Below, one piece after another: positions 60,100-64,000 of a DNA stretch of 64,000 bases. The stretch covers positions 12,896,001 to 12,960,000 of the forward strand of contig CM060733.1 of the NCBI GenBank assembly GCA_030704615.1, written 5' to 3'. Source of the stretch: Takakia lepidozioides. Its lineage: Eukaryota > Plantae > Bryophyta. Each line of letters starts with the position of its first letter. Position 1 is the stretch's first letter. A program made the translations under genes and the position numbers. Below the pieces are notes generated by a model that was not told the origin of the DNA, made no database searches, and saw nothing but the letters and a program-made list of their open reading frames with translations.

Positions 60100-61045
60100 G
60101 ACCATACGGTTTTACCCGGAGGTATCATACCCCAGATCCGATAGGGAAAGCTGAGCTAGCTAAGACTGAGAGAGAGTCCCCAATAGAGTTAGGCAGCTGA
60201 TGACTCAAGCCTTTAAATGTAAGATCCACCAATCCTACCTAATGATGAAGGAAGGAAAACTAGCAAGACAAGCAGGCGAAAGACCCACATCACAAGAGAG
60301 ATCAACCAGAGCCTGAACGGTTGATGCAGCCTAGCAACTGGAAAAACAGAAGATAGAAGAAAACAAGAACAGAGCATCGAAGCTAATAAACCACAATGAC
60401 CCTCTAAGCGTACTCCCTTCGCAGCCCAAAGGCAGCCCTACAGAGAGGCCCTCTACGTTTACGCTAGAAGTTCAATGGGCCTTGCTTTTCGAATTCCGGT
60501 TCTTACCTCAGTTCATGTCATCTTCACCATCCATCACAGAAATGACCTGACTAGGCGAGACTCCAGAAATTGGGGAGGCCACCGTCCCCGTTCCTGCAAC
60601 AATTAACGCCAGTCCAGCCCGAGATTTATCGAATTTTTCCACTCATCTCATCTGAGAGCATCTGTGTAAAGCTGCAGTCCAAACAACCCAGAGATCGCAA
60701 ATAAATGTTTGCAGAATCCCAGGAACAGAGGAGAGGAGATTTGAATAACTCGGATCACACCTGGCCTTCTATAAATGCCACAAGATCAAGGACCTTAAGT
60801 CCTGTCCACACTGGACAGGTCAAATTTTCCCAGCTTCAATGGTGTGGAGATGAACACGATATCATAACCCAACGACTTTCCAGGCTGAATACAGTTTAGA
60901 TAATTTGGACCAACGCCACCTGAGAAAAAGTGCAATGGAAGAAACAGTGTTCAATTGTTTCTCTTGAGTTCTGACAGGCCCCTTCATGACCGTGAGCCAA
61001 GGAATAAGTAACCTCTTTCAATTAAAGAGTAGCCTTACCATGAGG
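60100..61045 (-). mobile_element. L1-clade LINE 3' fragment (zf-RVT)
   Basis: C..SRETIEHCFFHCTFSQ at ~60920-60980 matches the L1 zf-RVT 'ET..HLFF.C.FS' motif, followed by W-rich LWVVW. Left boundary is approximate. Confidence 0.6.
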
Positions 61046-61084
61046 CGCCGAGCACAAGACTGTGGGGAGAAATAATTTAAGCCC

Positions 61085-61158
61085 GAACAACAGCAGGATT
61101 TGATCCTAGAGTCACCTGGGAGGCACTCAGGGCTCTACCCAACCGAGGCACAATGGTA
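61085..61158 (-). mobile_element. tRNA-derived SINE-like head
   Basis: Minus strand TGTGCCTCGGTTGGGTAGAGC...GGATCAAATCC gives A-box and B-box spacing. Similar heads at ~53915-53970(-), ~50297-50360(+) and ~63800-63860(-). Confidence 0.45.
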
Positions 61159-64000
61159 GGTTTCCCTATCAACAACGTAGAAGTGACTACCACGCAAGTT
61201 AGTAGCTGAGTGCGTGCGGTAATGGTATCTCCCTTGGCCGTCTTGTGCTTGGCGAGGTTACTTTGAAAGAGGTTGTATTTTACTCGTTGTAAATACGGGG
61301 CCTGATTAGTGAGCAGGTGTGTCCCTCATAACAAATACAGACAGAGAAAAGATACCATGCCTGGAGGAGTACAAACAATTCCTTTAATTGATTGGTGATC
61401 TAATGAGAATGGTCTTTCAACTTCAAAATGTAGCAAAACGTACTGTCCCAAAATTCCACATTTTGTTGTAGTGGCAGTAGTGTTTCCATTTAACAGATTC
61501 AGTGGCGAAATGGAGGTGCCAGAAGAAGGAGGTCTTGAAGCTACTAAGCTCCTATCTCGTTGAAAAGGAGGTCTTCGGGTGCAAATTTGCGTCAACAGCA
61601 TAGTGTGAACAATGCATACAGTTCCTCACTACCTAAGTGTATCTGGCAGTATGCCTGCACTGTCTAGTGGTGGCCAGGATCGCTGACTCGTCCACTATCT
61701 CATTACTTAGCCGCTCAGTTCATTGGAATCCAGTTGCATAACAGTCGTAGAACCATCGGCATAAATGCAGCTTGGGGCAATAAATGACCACCAATTCATC
61801 TGAAGCAAAGGTGCAAAAGCCTTTGCACACCTAACATGCAGCTCTGGGCATTAAATGACCACCATCTGAAGCGCCAGTACATGGAAGTCCTAGAAGCATT
61901 GACATGCATGCAACTTATGACAAATGGATGGCTACCATGGCGCTTGCATTTCTGCTTTTGTCTTTTGTTCACAATCTTCTTATTCAGTGGAGGAGCTCAC
62001 TCCATTCCAAGGATCTTTTTCTTCTGTAATGTTTCCATGGACCTGTTGCGGAAGCTCAAAAGCATGCCGTACTGAGATACTAACGTAGACAGCTCAATGA
62101 TGAGCAAACTCACACCTCATATATGGTGGATCAACGAAAATCCTCTCACTAAACAAAAATGGATCATGTTGTCTGAGAGGATAGTCAGCCACAACAACAT
62201 GATAAATTACCAACTGAACAAGGCTGAGCGATTACCATTCGCTATGGTCCGCTGGGACCACTTCTCTAGCATCACAAACCAAGAGAGGGGAACATCTAGA
62301 CAACGGATCAAACAAGCTTTGTCTAGTTTTGGCTCTTAGTCTCTTGTCAGATTTTTATTTTTATTTTTTTGGCACAAGTGAAGGCAAGTTTACTTCACTC
62401 CGAAGAAGAGTACAAAGCAACCCCCAGCCAGGAGATAAAGGGGCTTCACCCCAAGCCCAGCAGGGGCGTGGAGATCAAACTAGTGTGATTGTCTATATTG
62501 GTGTTATATAAGCTGGTTATCTCAACAAAACCATTGGTAAGTTTCCCTCTTGATTCGCCAAATGAACCGTGATTTATGAACGCAAGATGAACGTAGGGAA
62601 TCACAAAGAAACTACCTGCCGTGAGAGAACTATGGTTTCCAGCTCTTGCATTGTGACTGCTGGTGGCCCGGACCTGAACTGAACGCCCTGCTTTTGATCG
62701 CCCAATATATAATCACCATTTTATAGCAGTATACGAATTCTCTACACATGATTTTCATATTATTTCTCTACTTCCGTTCATTCATGCCCAGACAATGATT
62801 ATGGTATCGAGGAAAGATGGAAGAGATGTCTGTCAGAGGCAACATATGCTTGGCGGTTGTCGACCCTCCATCAAATCTTCTTTGAAACCATAAAGACTGG
62901 GAATATTCATCCCATTGATTGCCGCATTATATGGCCTTTAACCCTATACCCACGCAATTGCAGCTACACACATTCCAGCTCCCAATGAACTTCATCACAT
63001 AAATAATGAATCTGATCCCGACGAATTAACTCAGAATCTGCGTTGCGCGGATACTGGATACATACCACGAAACTCCACAAACCTTGGAAAGTATCTCTTG
63101 GCTTGCGCTCGAGGAGATTGATGGAAGGTGGGGTCAGCCATATTGCCATGCACGCAGTATGCACGCCGCTGTTTTTCTTTGTTTGGCACCAACGGCATGA
63201 ATTATCCGCTCTCTCAAGTTGCGCACTACAATCATTGTCTAGACGTTCAAACAAACGCACCGCAAGAATAATATAATACCGCCACAGCTGATTCAGTTAG
63301 ATCAGGCAGGAGTGCCGCCTACCTAGCATCGGCGGTATCGTATTTATGATTCCAGCGTCCGAGTATGTGAATTCACATACGATAGCTGGCGGTTAGGGCT
63401 GGGCTGGATGGATGCATGCTGGTAGGAATTTTTCAATGTGTCACATTCATCCATCCTCATGCTTTCGTTCTCAATAATAATAGCAATGTTCCCTTTTCAA
63501 AGAGGTTAGTTTCTTCTCTCATTTGTGAGCGGGTGTTTCCCTTTAAAAAGACAAAGAACACCTTGTGGGTGCCATAAAGCAATTACAAAGAGAAGGCCTG
63601 CCGTCTACCGTCTGCTGCCATAGGAGGTGGAGAGTGTTGAGAAGTGCAAGCTTAATCCTAGAATCCCAGTGTAAGACTAGGGAGCATGACTGAGCACAAC
63701 ACCCGAATCGGTGCCTTGACAGGGTGTCCTTTGACCTCATTTTCCTCATTGACTTCAACACGATGTAGAGTCTCTCTCTAGAAGAGAGCCAACAAATTAG
63801 CGGGATTTAAACCTAGCATCATCTGGGTGGGCGGTAAGTGCACCGACCGATGGTATTATTCTTTGCTTCTAAACGACTCTGAGGGCTTTGTAAACTCTTT
63901 TCAAAAAGATCCCAAACGGAAAAAAGAGAAAATACTTACACCAAACACCTTGAGTCACCTGGGTGGCAGTGGGTGCACTATCCACCGACGGTGGTATATT

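Noticed and set aside
61300-63300. Exon-like fragments on the minus strand
   Set aside because: Stops in the candidate frames and no identifiable product.

Overview
Eukaryotic nuclear DNA from a land plant: GT-AG spliced genes, a PLS-DYW PPR gene and a heavy load of transposable elements. A seed-free plant such as a bryophyte is likely, but that is inference. Well-supported genes: a six-exon signal peptidase complex subunit 3 (SPC22/23, minus strand, 167 aa), an intronless RraA-like/HMG aldolase (plus, 166 aa) and an intronless PLS-class PPR-DYW RNA-editing factor (minus). There is also a probable small secreted orphan protein (minus) and a frameshifted GT8 glycosyltransferase pseudogene (plus). 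The rest is mostly decayed or nested TEs: a LINE family with ~50-nt 3'-end stubs, an L1 fragment, three Ty3/gypsy relics, a copia relic, hAT MITEs, a long-TIR foldback element, PIF/Harbinger and MULE transposase fragments, tRNA-derived SINE-like heads and several minisatellites. The most notable observation is a gypsy relic at 36.2-38.7 kb whose pol region carries the start of a C5-cytosine DNA methyltransferase directly after the protease. It is cut off by an inverted RNase H/integrase-linker piece. All identifications are by-eye motif recognition; no searches were run.
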